A stretch of 63,482 nt of DNA, filler included, from Folioceros fuciformis (taxonomy: Eukaryota): NCBI GenBank assembly GCA_049999805.1. It is 6 parts of 6 records of this genome, joined end to end, with 100 filler letters (N's around TTAATTAATTAA, not from the genome) between each part and the next. Parts side by side here need not be neighbours in the genome. Positions count along the whole stretch, not along the records: positions 39,714 to 56,397 come from JBNGIO010005213.1; positions 56,498 to 61,945 come from JBNGIO010005219.1; positions 62,046 to 63,482 come from JBNGIO010005244.1; 3 more parts are not named here. One strand, 5' to 3'. This document shows, in pieces, positions 48,884-62,745 of the stretch. The translations under genes were made by a program, and so were the position numbers. The notes beneath the pieces are model-generated. The model worked only from the letters and a program-made list of their open reading frames with translations. It did not search any database and was not told the origin of the DNA. The first letter of the stretch is position 1; each line of letters starts with the position of its first letter.

Positions 48884-51800
48884 TTTTTTTTTGCGAAAAA
48901 AATTCTAATTAAATTGGCAAATGCCTCCCACTACAATACAAAGGGAAAATTCTGCTAACGTATGTACAAAAATCAAGCACCAGAAGAGAGGGGGAGAACT
49001 GGCCTTGAGTCCAAAACTCAAGACAAGGCGCTCAACAGCACTCCCCTACACTATGGTACCCTCGAACTACCGAAGCCACTTATACTCACACCTTAAGGTC
49101 TCCCACGGACTTTAAGGCTCACCGTCCCCAGAGGCACGAATGATTCCAACGCGTATCTTTCCCAGGCGCTAGGAATCCCGCCATCCTTCAGTCTTTCCGC
49201 TTAAACTGCTTCCGACGGGATTGCTCCAAAGCTTCTGCTGCAATCAACGAATGCTCCCATATGCGCCACAACAAAGCTTTCGATGAAGCTGAATCCTATC
49301 CTCCATAGACCACCGCAGACCAGTTGACCCAGAGATGGAAAAGGCAAGAAGACCACAGTAAGCCCCACCATTGTGTTTTAAGGAGAGGTTTGCCTGAGGT
49401 TGCGTCCAGCCCAAATAAGGCTAATTGTGCCGTGATCTTGAGGTTAGCACCGGGAAAAATCAAATAGAGCCACCTGCCAACCTCCCTCCAAATCTCTTGG
49501 GCAAAGCTGCAATGATAGAACATGTGTTGGCTCTTGTTCGGGGCCCCAATGGTGCACAGTCGACACACATCCTCCCCTGTTGCAGCTAAAAGTCCATCCC
49601 ATCGATCTGCATTAGGCAAACACGCTTGAAAAAAACAACAAACCGTAGACCTGACCTTGGGAGGGATTCCTGCAGACTTCCATAGAAGTTTGATGGCTTC
49701 CCTTTGTCGCCGTCCAACAAATTGCAATCGGGGAGCCATCGGTTGTCTTTGTTTGATTTTCTACGCTCGCACCAACCAAAGGAACAAGTCCGCCGTTGGG
49801 AAGTTGAAGAAAGATCGAGGGGTAGCCTTCTTGCACCCTGGCCGCTTGGGCCACTTGTAGAGATCTGGTCTGAAGGTCAGGGCCCAATTCTCACCTAGTC
49901 GGAACCAGCACTAAACCTTTGCTTTGTCGAAGGTTTGTGGCCCAATTGGGCATTCGCCTAGGCTACACCATTGCCATGCCTGAACGGACTTAACGAGGAC
50001 AGTGATAGCCCGCAATTCCCCTCCTCGGGCTACCCCGTCATCCCTGCCCTGGTCTTCCAAAAGTCCATTTGGCGACATGACCTTGAACGACTTCTACGTC
50101 TCATTGCCATCCAATCTCGCAAGCCAGACCGCCCTATCTAGTTTTAAGGCTTCCACCTGATCATCTTCCTCCTCCGAGTCGGCTCCCCTACTATCCATGG
50201 AGTATGCATACCACCCTTCCCCTCCTATGGTTGGTTGTTGCCTTAAGAACTGTTGCACCTTTTCCTCCAGTCCCTTGTGCAACCACGAGAAAATGAGTCT
50301 AACGTGCCGGGCCCCTAAACAAACTCCCCTTTCACCTCCTCTATCTCCTTCCAACGAGCCTCTGATCTATTCCATAGATGGCCAAGTTGGATAACGCCTC
50401 TCCGACAAGCCAACCCGAAAATTTGTGACCGATATACCCTTGACCTGAACTCCTACACCCACAACCTCAAGAACCCTTGCAAAGGAATACCAAGAACATC
50501 ATCCGCACAAGAAAAGTCACCCGGAATAATATATCGTTTAACCTCCAAGTAATTGCTCCAGATGGACTTGAAGAGTGGGGAGCATTCTGCAGTATCGATT
50601 TGTCAGCCAGAATGTTGTCGATAGATCTTCTTCCCCTGGGGACAGCTTGGGTGTAGTCCAGATGTTGTGTTGAAGGCTCTTCCAAGGATAGTATGCCGGA
50701 TCAGCTTCCTTGACAACCCACTGAGCATTCAACACTTTCATCTTGGCAACCGGGTCCACCACCCCAAGACCCCCCAAACCACGTGCCTGAATAATATGCT
50801 GCCAAGCCACTTTAGAACACCCAGCCATGCTATCCCCCGAATGCTTCCATAGGAAGGAGGTCAGCACCTGTTGTAAGCGTTTCACCTCTAGCTTGGAAGG
50901 GACCCATAAAAACATATAATACCATAAAGAGGCAGTAAGGATATGATTAATCACCACTAGCCTACCTACCAGATTGAGCTCCAGCAACTGAAGACTAGCC
51001 GCTTTGCGAATGAACATGAGGCAGACGTACTTCCCAATCTCCTCATTCTCATCCTCCTCTTGGAATAGAAGCCCCAAATATTTGTGAGTAGAACCCTGAG
51101 TCACTCGCCTAATGTGGTTAATACACTGCGGAGTCTCCCTGTCCAAGTGAAGACACATGCACGTCTTTCTCCAATTCACCTTACAACCCAATAGTTCGCC
51201 AAAGACCTTGACCTATTGGAGCAACGCTTTCAATGAGGCCTCCTCAGCCAAAGAAAAGAGGAGAGTATCATTTGCAAATGCAAAGACCCTCAGCTGCGTT
51301 CCATCTAGGTTCCGAATTCCCACCATTGCCGGGTCTTGCTTGACTGCTTAGAGAAAGAAGTTTGTGACGATGATAAATAAGAACGGAGCAAGGGGGCAAC
51401 CCTGACGTACCAACCAAGAGATGCCAAAGCGTTCCGTAAAGGACCCATAAACAGCCACCTTGGCTCCTGCGTCTTCACACAAAATGGCTATCCACATGCA
51501 GAAATTATTCCCAAACCCGAAGCTATGCAGGCATCGCCACAGGAAATGCCATTTATCGGAATCAGAAAGCCTTGTGAAAATCAAGGGAAATGAAAACAGC
51601 GGCTTTCTTCTATACCTGAGTGCTGTATTTTGCTTCCCTCAAGAGGAGTAGGTTGTCCAGGATGCACCTATTTTGAATAAACCCTCGTAGTTCTTTCTCA
51701 ATCCATTCATCAAGAAAGGGTGTAATTCGGTTAGCCAGTACCTTAGCAATCACCTTGTACGTGGTAGTGAGCAAGGTAATTGGGCGCCAATTGGAGATTG

Positions 51801-54800
51801 ATAGGCTGGCATCTTGCTTAGGGAGCAGGGAGATAACCCCCATGTTGAACCAGCTCCCTATGCTACCTTCTTCCCAAAACATACTAACTGCTTCCATGAA
51901 TAACGGCTGTATAAATTCCCACTCCCACAGCAGGAACTCGCGAGGGATACCATCATGTCCTGGGGATTTATCCCTTGGCATCCCCTTCAGGGCCTGGAAC
52001 ACCTTGTCAGCAGTTATCGACTTATCTAGAGCCCTTCGTTGGTCATCATACACTTTAGCCGAAAGCGCACCATAAGAAGAAGACCAAAGCTGTTCCCACC
52101 CTGCCACCTTCCTAACGCTGGAAAATATGCCAACAAAGAAGAGGGTAATAAGAGTTTTTAAACCTTCAAGCAATTCTTGCACCATGCCGCGCGTGTCTGG
52201 AAGGGCAGGAATTCGCATTTTATGTCGATTAGAGGCCACCTTGTCGAAGAAGAATTTAGAGGGGCCGTCGCCCTCCCTCACCCACTTGACTTTGGCCCGC
52301 TTAAACCAACCTCTGGCCTTGTCTTCTTCCAACTTGGCCAAAGCGCACTACACCTCCGTTTTCCTGGCCTCTTCCGCACTTGTGAGATCCCGGCCCTCGC
52401 AGCTCCTCTGTAACCGGCACAGGTCCTCCCTCAAAAAACGTTCTTGCTGGCATTGTTCTCGTGCTCGTTGAACCCCTAGTCTCCTCAGATACCTAGTCGC
52501 CTCATTGTTAGCACACATCAATTTGACCGCCGCATTTTCTTCCCCCTGTTCAACTCCCTGCCAGATTTTTTGATATCTTCAAAGACACCTTTTTCCTTCA
52601 ATAAGGAGGTGTTCATCCGAAAATTTTGCATATGCCTCCTTGGGCGCTCAACCTTCGGAGTAAGCCCCAAGTGCAAGCTAATAGGGTGGTGGTCGGAAAG
52701 GATCATACCAGCGAGAACACTGTATGATTGTATGAAGGCCAACCACCCTGAGGGTAAATAAAACCTGTCCAACCTGCGCGCTCCCAAATTCTGTTGTTGT
52801 TGATTGGACCAGCTGAACATCAACGACTGTGGTTGGCGATGAGCCAGGAGGGCCACCCAAGGATCCTGCGCAGCCAGGATCGTGTCTCTCAACTCCTGCC
52901 AAGACATAGGCATTGCCCGAATATCTCCTCAGCTATCCCCACGAATGTCCTCACGACGTTCAACAAAGTTGAAGTTGCCAGCCAGCATCCATAGGATCTG
53001 CTCATCAAGTTGATCCCCCAGCCTACACCAAAGGATACTCCTGTCAATGGCAGCATTACGCGCGTAAATATTGCAGATTCCAACTGGACATTGAGGAGTT
53101 TGCAGCACCACCCACACAAACCTCCCTTCCTCATCTTGCCTTGATTCCAGGATGTTGTGGGTTTGCTCTAGGTGCACTGTAATGGACACGCCTCCACGGG
53201 TCGCCGAAACTCGTTGACAGACCTTTCTCCATCTCTTGTATCATCTGCTCTAGCTACTCCCCATTTTGTTCGACCAAGAAGAAAGATCTTCTTCACTCGC
53301 TGGATTTGCTCCGGAGATAGTTTATGCTCTTTCAAGCACACAACATCCCAAGTGACCTCCCCTTCTAGCATATTCTTTAGTCGTCTACACTTCGACGCAG
53401 TCTTCGACCATCCCCCCAAACCCCTAACATTCCAGGAAATGATCCGTAGGTGAGACCCCCTCTCATAGTTCTTCAAAGTGTCGATACCCATTAGCGGGAC
53501 TTGCTTGAGAGATTCCGGACAGCAAAGGGCTTGGGCAACCTAGCCCCCGACATTGGCTTGGGCCACACCAGATGATCCTTTGTTTTGAGCTCAAGGGACA
53601 ATCTTTGTAGCCTTTCAGACTTGCAAACAATAGGAGCATTCCTCCTATCCAGACCATCTAAAAGCCCCTCAACATCCCCCACAGCCATATCTGAATTCCA
53701 TATCCTGTCTTTAGCCCAAGGCACGTCTAAGGACCACCTCCACTCTGAGATAAGTGGCATACTGGGTCCATAAACTTGTTTAAGCCGGATGTCGGCAAAA
53801 AGTTGACCATCCTTCTGGTAAATACCACTGAAGAATTCCACCTCCTTTCCATCCTTGCCGACAGGAACCCCTCTGGCGGCCAAGAATTCGAATATCCTTT
53901 CCTGCCTAGCATGCAACTGGTGCATTGTAATGATAAGGGGTAGCTACTCCCCCCCACCTCCTATCATAACCAGAAAAGAATAAAAATCTTGCACCTTTCT
54001 CATAACCGTCAGGTTGATCACCAATTGTCTGCCTTTCCTCCTTGTTGTACCTTCCGCCTTCCTAAACTCCTGGCCACCGAGCAAGCAAGAAACCTCCAGC
54101 CCTGGAGGTGGATACTCAACTTGCACCTCCTTAACCTGCTTCGGGTCCTTTTCCAAGGAATTTAACGGGGAGGTGTTACCTCTGTCCCCGGAGAAGATGG
54201 CTTGCACTTCATGCCAGACAGTCTCAGTATCCTCATCGTCCTCAGCACAGGGAGAGGAGAATAAGTCCTCCTCAGATGCGTACACCGCGTTATCTCTCAT
54301 GGTGGGGCTACCCCATTTTGTAGGGCTGGCACAATCCACCAGTTTTTGTCTGAGACACGCAGAACCGGTTCCCTCCCTTCTAGACTCCAATTCCGCTCCA
54401 AATTTGTGTTGACTGTGCACTGCCATAGGGTCGTTCCCCACGCCAGCGGTGGTCTTCCCATGAAACCTATTGCCACCCTTTGGCACTTCCAGCACCTTAA
54501 ACTTTTTCCCTTCCGGGGAGGTGATATCCAAGGCCATGCGCTGAACGACTTTGTTCAGCGCCTTCCTTGCTTTGGCCACATCAATCTGATCCTAGCATTT
54601 AAGTCCTTATGACAAATCTTTCAAAACACAAATCCTCTTCCCTAATGCCGCCTCCAAGTTCCTCTGTTTGCCTATGGTCAAGCTAGATGTAGCGATCGTG
54701 TTCCAGGCAATGGAACTTCCAGCTGATACTACTACGTCTGACTCAACTATTCCAGCAGGACCGAAGCCCCCTCTAAGCCCGAGCGACTAATGGCCCGGAG

Positions 54801-55531
54801 CGAATAGGGTGTGGGGTGTTGGGACCCCTCGCAGAGAAGCGAGAAACTGAGGCCCATGAAGCACCTTGGAAGACTCCCTTCCCACCTCTTCACCGACTGC
54901 TTGAGAGGGAGGGACAAAACTTGACCCCTGGATTGAGCCCGCAAGAGGCATCCCATCACATAGCCTCGCCGCAAAAGCCGCCAGTTGCTCATAAGCAAAA
55001 TCCTCCACTTGGCGACTCGCATTGGCAGCCCCAAGCCCGGAATCAGAAGACTCCTTCTTGCCAGCGGCAGGGAGGTTCGTCATCGATCTCACCTTCCCAA
55101 CTTGTGAGTCCCCTACCTGGCATACTTCACCATTGGAAACCACCTTTTCACCCGTTTGCCCCTGCACATTCACCTTTAGGGGATCCAGAGCCACCTCTTG
55201 GCCTCGGGGTCCATCGGCACGCTGGATCTCCAGCCCAGCGGCACCATTCTCTGCATACACCTCATCCTTCCCACTCGACATAGTAGGGGGTACATGCAAC
55301 ACCTCCCCACACCTCGAATCCCCCGTCTTCGAAGAACTCCGATAATCTCGATCTCGAGGATTGTGGCTTTCCGATGTCCCTGGAACAAAATCCTGCTACT
55401 GCACACCTAGAGCGATCACCAAGCTACTCCACCCTTCCTCAGAGTTAGGATCCCATTCAAGTGGCACCCCTAGACCTTCTTCCTCCTCCCCATCAAGTTG
55501 CAAGTATGGGAAACCAAAACCCGTTACCTGG
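48884..55531 (-). mobile_element. Near full-length degenerate L1-like LINE (ORF1 remnant, ORF2 EN-RT-zinc finger, poly(A) tail)
   Basis: ISWNVRGL, SDHHPI, KSPGHDG, NWRPITLL, RQGCPLAP, FANDTL and C-terminal CRLC...HMFYHC. The poly(T) lies at 48884-48892 on the plus strand. Confidence 0.93.
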
Positions 55532-56397
55532 TGTAGGGTTATTAAAGCCCAATGTGCTTAGACTAATGTCTTTAGTTTAAGATTAATGTCTAGCTAAGTA
55601 TCATTAGCTTAGATTAACTTAAGCTAATTTGTAGGAAGCTTCTTGTGCATCTTAAGCTAATTTGTAAGAAGCTTCTTGTGCATCTTCCTGTGGCCTTCTT
55701 GTGAAGCTTGCTAGGGAGCTCTTCTAGAGGGTATAAATACCCCCTTGAGCTCCCTTGTATTGTGTGGTTCTATTGTGAGAATGTGACCTCTCTTTCTCCT
55801 CCTCCTTGCCTTCTCCTCTCCTCCTCCTTGCCTCCTCCTCTCCTCTCCTTCACCATGCTCCTCTAGCAATCCTAGACCCGGGAACCGGCATGTTGAGGCT
55901 TCCCAACCTGAGCCAAAACGTACTCTTGGGATGAAAATCCCAGCCTGTTCTCCACAACCGGCAACGCACAGCTGCCCTTAGCTTGAGCATCCCACCTCTT
56001 AGCTGCTGGATCCCTCGACAGCCTTCAGATTGCCTGCCCATCACCACGGGACCTGCTAGGAGCACATCTGCTGAATTCTCCTCCTGACAAGCCACACCAG
56101 CTCTTTAAAGAGCTGACATAGAAGTTGTTTTCTGGTAGGTAGCAGCCACCCCAGCATCCAAAATTGCTTTGCCCTCTTGGACAAACACTACCTAGACACT
56201 CCCATCGCTGAGAGCCGGATGCGCGCACGCCTCTCCCAAGTCAAACTGATGATATCCTGACTCTCGCCTCCGAAACATTGTCCTCCCACACCATCGTTGT
56301 AGGAGATGCTTGCAGCACTTCCACATCGCGCTCTTCCTCCATTCCTGGAGGAGACACGCTAGATCGTGCCCGACAACACCCTTCGCCTAGAGCCCCG
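55532..56397 (+). mobile_element. LTR-like insertion interrupting LINE ORF1
   Basis: Abrupt start at TGTAGGG, AT-rich U3 with a 33 bp duplication, TATAAATA at 55732 and a CT-rich tract. It ends at a gap. Confidence 0.55.
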
Positions 56398-56497
56398 NNN
56401 NNNNNNNNNNNNNNNNNNNNNNNNNNNNNNNNNNNNNNNNNTTAATTAATTAANNNNNNNNNNNNNNNNNNNNNNNNNNNNNNNNNNNNNNNNNNNN

Positions 56498-57873
56498 TTA
56501 GCTACGACCTGTCCATCCCCCCCTCGCTTCTTAAGTGCACAACTATGAGAAGTGAAGAGGAGGTCGTACTCTCGGGAAGACAGTAATTGACTGACTGAAA
56601 GTAGGTGCTTGGCCATGAGTGGTACATGCAGAACGTTGTCAAGATGGAGGATGGACCCATCGTGCAACCGAAAACGACATGTGCCAGACCCAGCAATATT
56701 CAGACCAGTACGGGTAAATTCGTCCCCCAGCAAGACTTTATCTGATGTACGAGAAGGTCTGTAGTTACTGAGCAGACTCCTATCATTGCAGATGTGGGAG
56801 GTTGCTCCAGAATCTAAGTACCAACTATTGGGGGAAGGGGGACTTGCAGAAGACGCAAAACAAACGGTCATGACGACTGGAGGTTTGTTTGAAGTTGAGG
56901 AAGTCTTGGCGACAGCGTGGGCCTCAGCCTGCTTTGGCTTCTCGACCTTACGAGCTTCGCCAGCTTTCTTCTTCCTACAGTCCCTCTCCCAGTGGCCCTG
57001 GATGCCACACCAGTTGCAGGAGCCAGCCCGCTTGCTGGAGGAAGAAGGTGAGTCACCAAAAGCTGATCGACCCTTCTGTCCTTTCTGCAGTTTTTGTCCT
57101 TTAGTGTAAAGGACCTTGTCGGTTTTTGTTTTTCCACCCTGTGGTGTAGAGTGAAGCCTGCTTTGTTCCTCTTGCAGGAGAGCACCAATCACGTCAACAA
57201 GACTGATTTGTGGTGCCTTGCCTGCAGCTACAGCCTTGTCTGCCGCGCGAATGGAAGCTCCAAAGCCGGAAACAAAGGTCTGGTAACTGGGTGGTAGGCA
57301 GGTAAGGAGTTGGGCAACAGCATCCAACTCAGGAAACTGGGATCCTAAGTTCAGGAGCTGGGCCCTTAACTGTCGAAACTTCACGACGAAAGGTCCCACC
57401 TTCTCGCCTTCTTTAAGTCTCATTGAAAACAGTTCTCCACGGATTGCACACTGTGTGAGTATGTTCTTCGCCTCGTACGTTTGCAGTAGTTGTGTCCAGA
57501 TTTCGTTGGAGTCTTGCAGGTAAGCCACATCGGGGAGGAGTACCTCATCAAGACCACTAATCAAGACCGCACGAGCTACATGATTCAGGTTATCCCACTT
57601 CTCAATTTCATCCACTGGAGCAGTAGATGCTGGTTTAGGAATGGAGCCGCTAACGATGCCCCACACGTGCCGTGCCTGCAGGGCAGCTGTCATGCGAACA
57701 CGCCATCCATGAAACTTCGTGCCATTAAAGCGGTCTTTCTCCTTAAATTCCATTGAGAAAGACGGAGCGGGGATAACAGGCACCGGTGGAAGAGGTAAGG
57801 CGACCACTCCTCCTCCTGCGCCTCCTGTACCTCCTGCGCTGCCTCCACCTCCACTGACCCCTCCTGTAGCCAT
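56498..57873 (-). CDS. Ty1/copia gag-protease polyprotein (5' part, cut by a gap)
   Basis: FNGTKFHGW, UBN2-type gag, zinc knuckle CNWCGIQGHWERDC, protease WYLDSGATSHI and VLHVP...LLSVSQL. Confidence 0.95.
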
Positions 57874-58194
57874 GCAGACGTATTGCAGAAAAATTATCAA
57901 GCGCGCAAGGGTGATCAGGCCGAGGGCACAAGGCAATTTTTCTCGTAATATGTCTCGCAATGCTACAGGAGGCTGAGGGGTGGAGCAGCGAAGGGGTTCG
58001 CAGAGAAGTCAGATGTCACAGGACACCTCCTGGGACGTTTGTTGACGGTTAATGGCAGTATTCGGCTGACGTGGTGTGTTTCGCATGGCCGATTACAGGG
58101 TCGCGTCCTGTGGAGTCTTACTGCGGGCAGATGCCAAGGAATGAAGACGCCTCCCGCCAGAAAGCACAGCGGACACGAGACCCCCAGGCGCGCC

Positions 58195-58752
58195 CTACCG
58201 CGCTGAGGACAACGCTTGAAATCTGGGCTTCTCGCGAGCAGGGGCAAGCGCTCTGAGCAGATCTGTTGAGGTAGAATTCGCGCCCAAGTCTTGCGCTGAT
58301 TTCCTTTGCAATTCAGTCACAAGATCGTGAAGTTTTCTGACACCCTCAATCAGTGTTGTCTGCTTGCGCAGAATAAGGTCAACCGCGGCTGAAAGTTCTT
58401 GATGACGCGCGGTGTGCACCTCGCCCTGTCGAGAAATCACAGTAAGCAGGGTTGATTCTGTAGTGTTCAACCTTTCACTCAGCACTCGGTAGGCTCCAAC
58501 TATCTCTGGCAAGTGAGTAGCCCGAGATCTGAATGTGTCCCGCAAATCGTCCTCACAAAAGTCTCGAACTTCAGGATGTCGCAATACGTGCACCCTGGTT
58601 GAAGTCCGGGATAAAGGCAATGTATACAGTATCTCTTCCTGGCTTGCGTGATTTTGTATGCTCCTGGAAGCCTGATCCTGATGCCTGATTGTGGGTCGAT
58701 TGCAGGATAGCGGGGACGAACGCTCACAGCGAGAACGCCCCCGTCGAGTCAT
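58195..58752 (-). CDS. Extra 185 aa coiled-coil ORF in the copia 5' leader
   Basis: ATG-initiated open frame between the PBS and gag, with a heptad-like C-terminal half. Confidence 0.4.
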   Translation of the reverse strand: MTRRGRSRCERSSPLSCNRPTIRHQDQASRSIQNHASQEEILYTLPLSRTSTRVHVLRHPEVRDFCEDDLRDTFRSRATHLPEIVGAYRVLSERLNTTESTLLTVISRQGEVHTARHQELSAAVDLILRKQTTLIEGVRKLHDLVTELQRKSAQDLGANSTSTDLLRALAPAREKPRFQALSSAR

Positions 58753-58988
58753 CTTTAATTAGAGCGACATGATCTGCTGCACAGCGACAGCCAGATCCGC
58801 GCAGCGGAAGTCTTTGATTTACTGTCATGCATATTCTTATTGCAGGTAGTGAGAAGGATTTTTCGACACATCCTGGAATCACAGTTTTTGTGATTCGAGG
58901 ATTCTGTGTCCTATAATCTATTCTTACTACATGCATCTACCATAGCCAAATACATTAATGTAGACAGTAGAAGCAAATCATGTATCAA

Positions 58989-59200
58989 GCTCTGATACCA
59001 TGTTCATAAAACCAGATGTACTCACACGCACACAGTGCTAAGAATAAAGAGAATTAATTATCATGAATATACAGAGTATCTTATATATCAAAACTGTCTA
59101 AGGTTGTGTCGATTCAAATTAACCTAGTTATTAAATAATAACTAATATCTAATAAGCGGCTTCGTTTATAAGAGAATTATAACAGAATTCTCTTCTAACA
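58989..59200 (-). mobile_element. Copia 5' LTR (59001-59200) and tRNA-iMet PBS (58989-59000)
   Basis: TGTT...AACA termini, followed directly by TGGTATCAGAGC on the minus strand. Confidence 0.88.
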
Positions 59201-61370
59201 CATATACCTTCTCTAGCCTCAAATTTGGCTTGTAACCACCAGCCTTAGTGAAATCAAGGTACCAATAATGACGTCCTTGTTGAGTTATCAAGCTCTATAT
59301 GAGCTAAACTCATGTGGTGTTAGTTATCCCAGTTGGGTTCATACTAGACTAGTTCTAGTTATTAGTGAACTTAGGATAGTGTAGATTATCCCATATTGAA
59401 CCTGGAAGTTGTGTAGCTCTAAATGTACTACTTAAATGGAGACCTCGGACCTCCATAGTAAGACAGTGGTGATGTGTATTGTTTTCATGGTTGTGATCAC
59501 CAATACCACCCTCTCTTCTCTCCTCTCCTCTCCTACACTTGCACGTAGATTGGAGTCGATCCTATTGACAGTCCTACCTCATTCACTAGTTGATGCAAAA
59601 GCCAATCCATACGCCTTCCGGGTAGCGCTCCTTTAGTGAAAGACACTCTTTCCTTCAAAAAGCGATGAAAGGCCTCCAATGCGGATGTGGTATCCTGTCC
59701 ATGTCCAGTGTGAGGATACAACCTGCAATTCTTCAACCACATATTTGCCAAAAAAAAAAAAACCATTATACTCCTCACCCAACGTACGTCCAAGAACACG
59801 GCCCTTAAATTACAAAAACTACACTGCAACATAGAAGCAAAATACCTATAGATTTGCCCCACTATTCCTTGAAGTACTCAACAAATGCTGGTTGGCTTCC
59901 ATGCCACTCTTTATAGAAGAACTCTAATAATACACTACCCCATACAAGAGTATCCTCATATGTGCCATGGCCTTTCACATACATAATATCTGCAAAAGCA
60001 GCCCAAATTTTCTTCCTTGCAATACTACATTTCACCTTCCTTAAAAGGCTTTGTTGTTATGCCTTCCTAACATGCCATAAGCACAACACAACATGTATAT
60101 GAGCCCCCCATACTTGTTTCAATGCACGTATCTCTACCAAACAATCATCAACTAAAAAACAACTAGGAACCCATGTTGCACATGTGTTGAGGGCTACTTG
60201 TTGCAACGGCTTCAACCATGATACTAAAGAAATGATAGTAGCCTCTTCTGTTAGTGCCCAAGCAACTAGAATACCATTTAGGTGTTGATCAAAAACCATC
60301 ACAGTGAATAAGTGGTACCGATGCTTGTTTATACCAAATGTGGCATCCATGGCTAAAACACTATTCAACCGATGCTTAACCAACATTTGCCGCATGAAAG
60401 GAGTTTGCAATGCTAAAACAAATGGTTCACCCGGTTCTGACCTATGGAAGATAAGGTCAGCATTCACTTTCAACCACATCTTGGTTGACTTTGCATCATC
60501 TGCATGGAGTTTCCACTCACTTGCTTCCACCTACCATTTCATGTTCAACACATCCTTGTGCTGCAAGTAGTCATCTTGAATGTCATCTCCATGTCCATGT
60601 TCGGAATAGTGCGCCATCTTCTCGTACACAACTGCAATATGTCGACGCATAATCTTCGACACAGAAACCTTGCAATAAAGACAATGTTGCACCCAAACCT
60701 TCTTCTCCTTCGAAAGTCAAGGAGCTCTAGACATTTTAGGATGACCCACATATTGTGGGCCATAACGAACCTCACATTCGCGATCTACATGCGCTCCTTC
60801 ACGAAGGATGATTTGAGCCACATTTGGAAATAAAAGCAACTACTTCACAACAAAATTTGCCATACATCCAGTTTTCATACGTACATTCTTCGGTGTCGTG
60901 CCTTCTCTATAATCTTGTGGTCCATATGAGCACCAGTATCTGCATAGGTAGTCAAAATATATATTAGGCATGTGTACCCTTCAAATTGGTAACTACATCA
61001 TGTCAGATTTAGTGGGCACATAACCTAGCAAAGAAAAAGCCTTGTCAAACTTAAACACAGTAACCGAAAAACATGTGGTTAGAAAAAGCTATGGAGCGCA
61101 ACAACTTGGAGAGGGAGATCGATCATACTTAATGTATGTGCTTGCAATCTCCAGGGACAGCACAATTGGTATAGGCAAAGAATGTTCACTCTTCGAATCC
61201 TTCACGTAGAGGCTTGCAGCGCATCTCAATCCTTCTCCAAAAACATAGTCGTCCACTCTACTCCAAGGAATATAAGCAACCTTTATGTCCTTCACCACCT
61301 GCCAGCTTAGATCATTTGCACTGAACTACCCAAGTTTCGGCGATTAAATGAACAAAAAACACTCCATGGT
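59201..61370 (-). mobile_element. Degenerate Mutator-like (MULE) transposase
   Basis: IPWSRVDDYVFGE, MDATFGINKHRYHLFTVMVFD, FLVDD, LCLWHVRKA and TTSALEAFH. Confidence 0.88.
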
Positions 61371-62045
61371 GTGCAAGCTCCTTCACTGCTCTTTGCTTGT
61401 GTTTGTGTTAGGGTAAGCAAAGAGCGAAAATGAGGTTCAAGAGCTTCTTGCTTTGCTCTGTTCATGTTTGCAGGGGATGATCCCGCGCACGGTTTTCAAC
61501 TCGGTTTGTAACATGCACATGGTTGTAGACACCGCACGGTTCAACCCACCAAGCAGGTTATACTCAAAGTTATGCCACCATTTATTTAGGGCAAAACCTA
61601 GGTTGTATGCAAGCGGGCTATACGTGGTGATAGAGAGAGACAGTGACTAGGACATGGTGCATGCCATGCCACATAGGACGTCAAATCGTTTGATGCATTT
61701 ATTGCTTCAGAGATGTAGATGTAGGCTGAGGGAATGCAGCCCATGTGGGAATTGAATAATATAGTCGGCCCTTGTTGGAACTCAATGCTACAGTCGGCCT
61801 TGCGGGAACTCAATAATAAAGTTGGACCTTGACAAACAATTTTCATCTAGAGATTGAAAATCTTTTTTTTTTTTTTGATTCGTCAAGATAATTTATACTC
61901 CAGTAAAGTGTCAAATAGAACCTTTTGATCTAAACTTGAAGGCCTNNNNNNNNNNNNNNNNNNNNNNNNNNNNNNNNNNNNNNNNNNNNTTAATTAATTA
62001 ANNNNNNNNNNNNNNNNNNNNNNNNNNNNNNNNNNNNNNNNNNNN

Positions 62046-62395
62046 CGATTCACAAGGCTCTTGTTCTCATACAAAGCCTCTAATTTCAACCAAGCCTCTC
62101 TTGCTGATTTGCAAGTGGTCACATGCATCAATTGTGCATCTTCTAAGTTGAAACAAATATTTGCAAAGGCCTTGCCTGCAAGCTCATCCCACTTGGGCTG
62201 TCTCTCCACTTCATTTGGACGCTCCTCGGTCCCCGACACAATTCCCCAAAGGCCTTTTTCAGCCAACAACATTTGCATCTTGAACTTCCACAAGTTGAAG
62301 TTGTCACCTCCAAACTTTGAGATAACTTGTAGAGTGACGGTCCCTTGGGTGTGTGGGCCCATAACCTGTTGAGATGTCACCCCCGCCATGCTCAA
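62046..62395 (-). mobile_element. Ty1/copia gag N-terminal fragment between gaps
   Basis: KFGGDNFNLWKFKMQMLL...GLW...SAREAWLKL. Confidence 0.9.
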
Positions 62396-62594
62396 AGGAG
62401 GTTAAAACAAGTTAGTTGAAGCAAGATGCAGAATCCCAAAACTAAGAGCATTATAACAAGGCTCTTAAACTCAAATAAAAAGGAGAATTACAAANNNNNN
62501 NNNNNNNNNNNNNNNNNNNNNNNNNNNNNNNNNNNNNNNNNNNNNNNNNNNNNNNNNNNNNNNNNNNNNNNNNNNNNNNNNNNNNNNNNNNNNN

Positions 62595-62745
62595 TTTTGC
62601 CCAACATAGCAAAGTCTAATAAGCTATATATATATATATATATATCATAACCTTAATCACTCTTACCACTAATTAGTACAAACTCAATAAGCTGGATTAG
62701 CACTAATTAATATCAACATTAATCATGCTTAACACTCCCACTCAG
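62595..62745 (-). mobile_element. Copia polypurine tract and start of the 3' LTR (LTR begins at 62734)
   Basis: On the minus strand, GAGTGGGAG is followed by TGTTAAG right after the pol stop. Confidence 0.8.
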
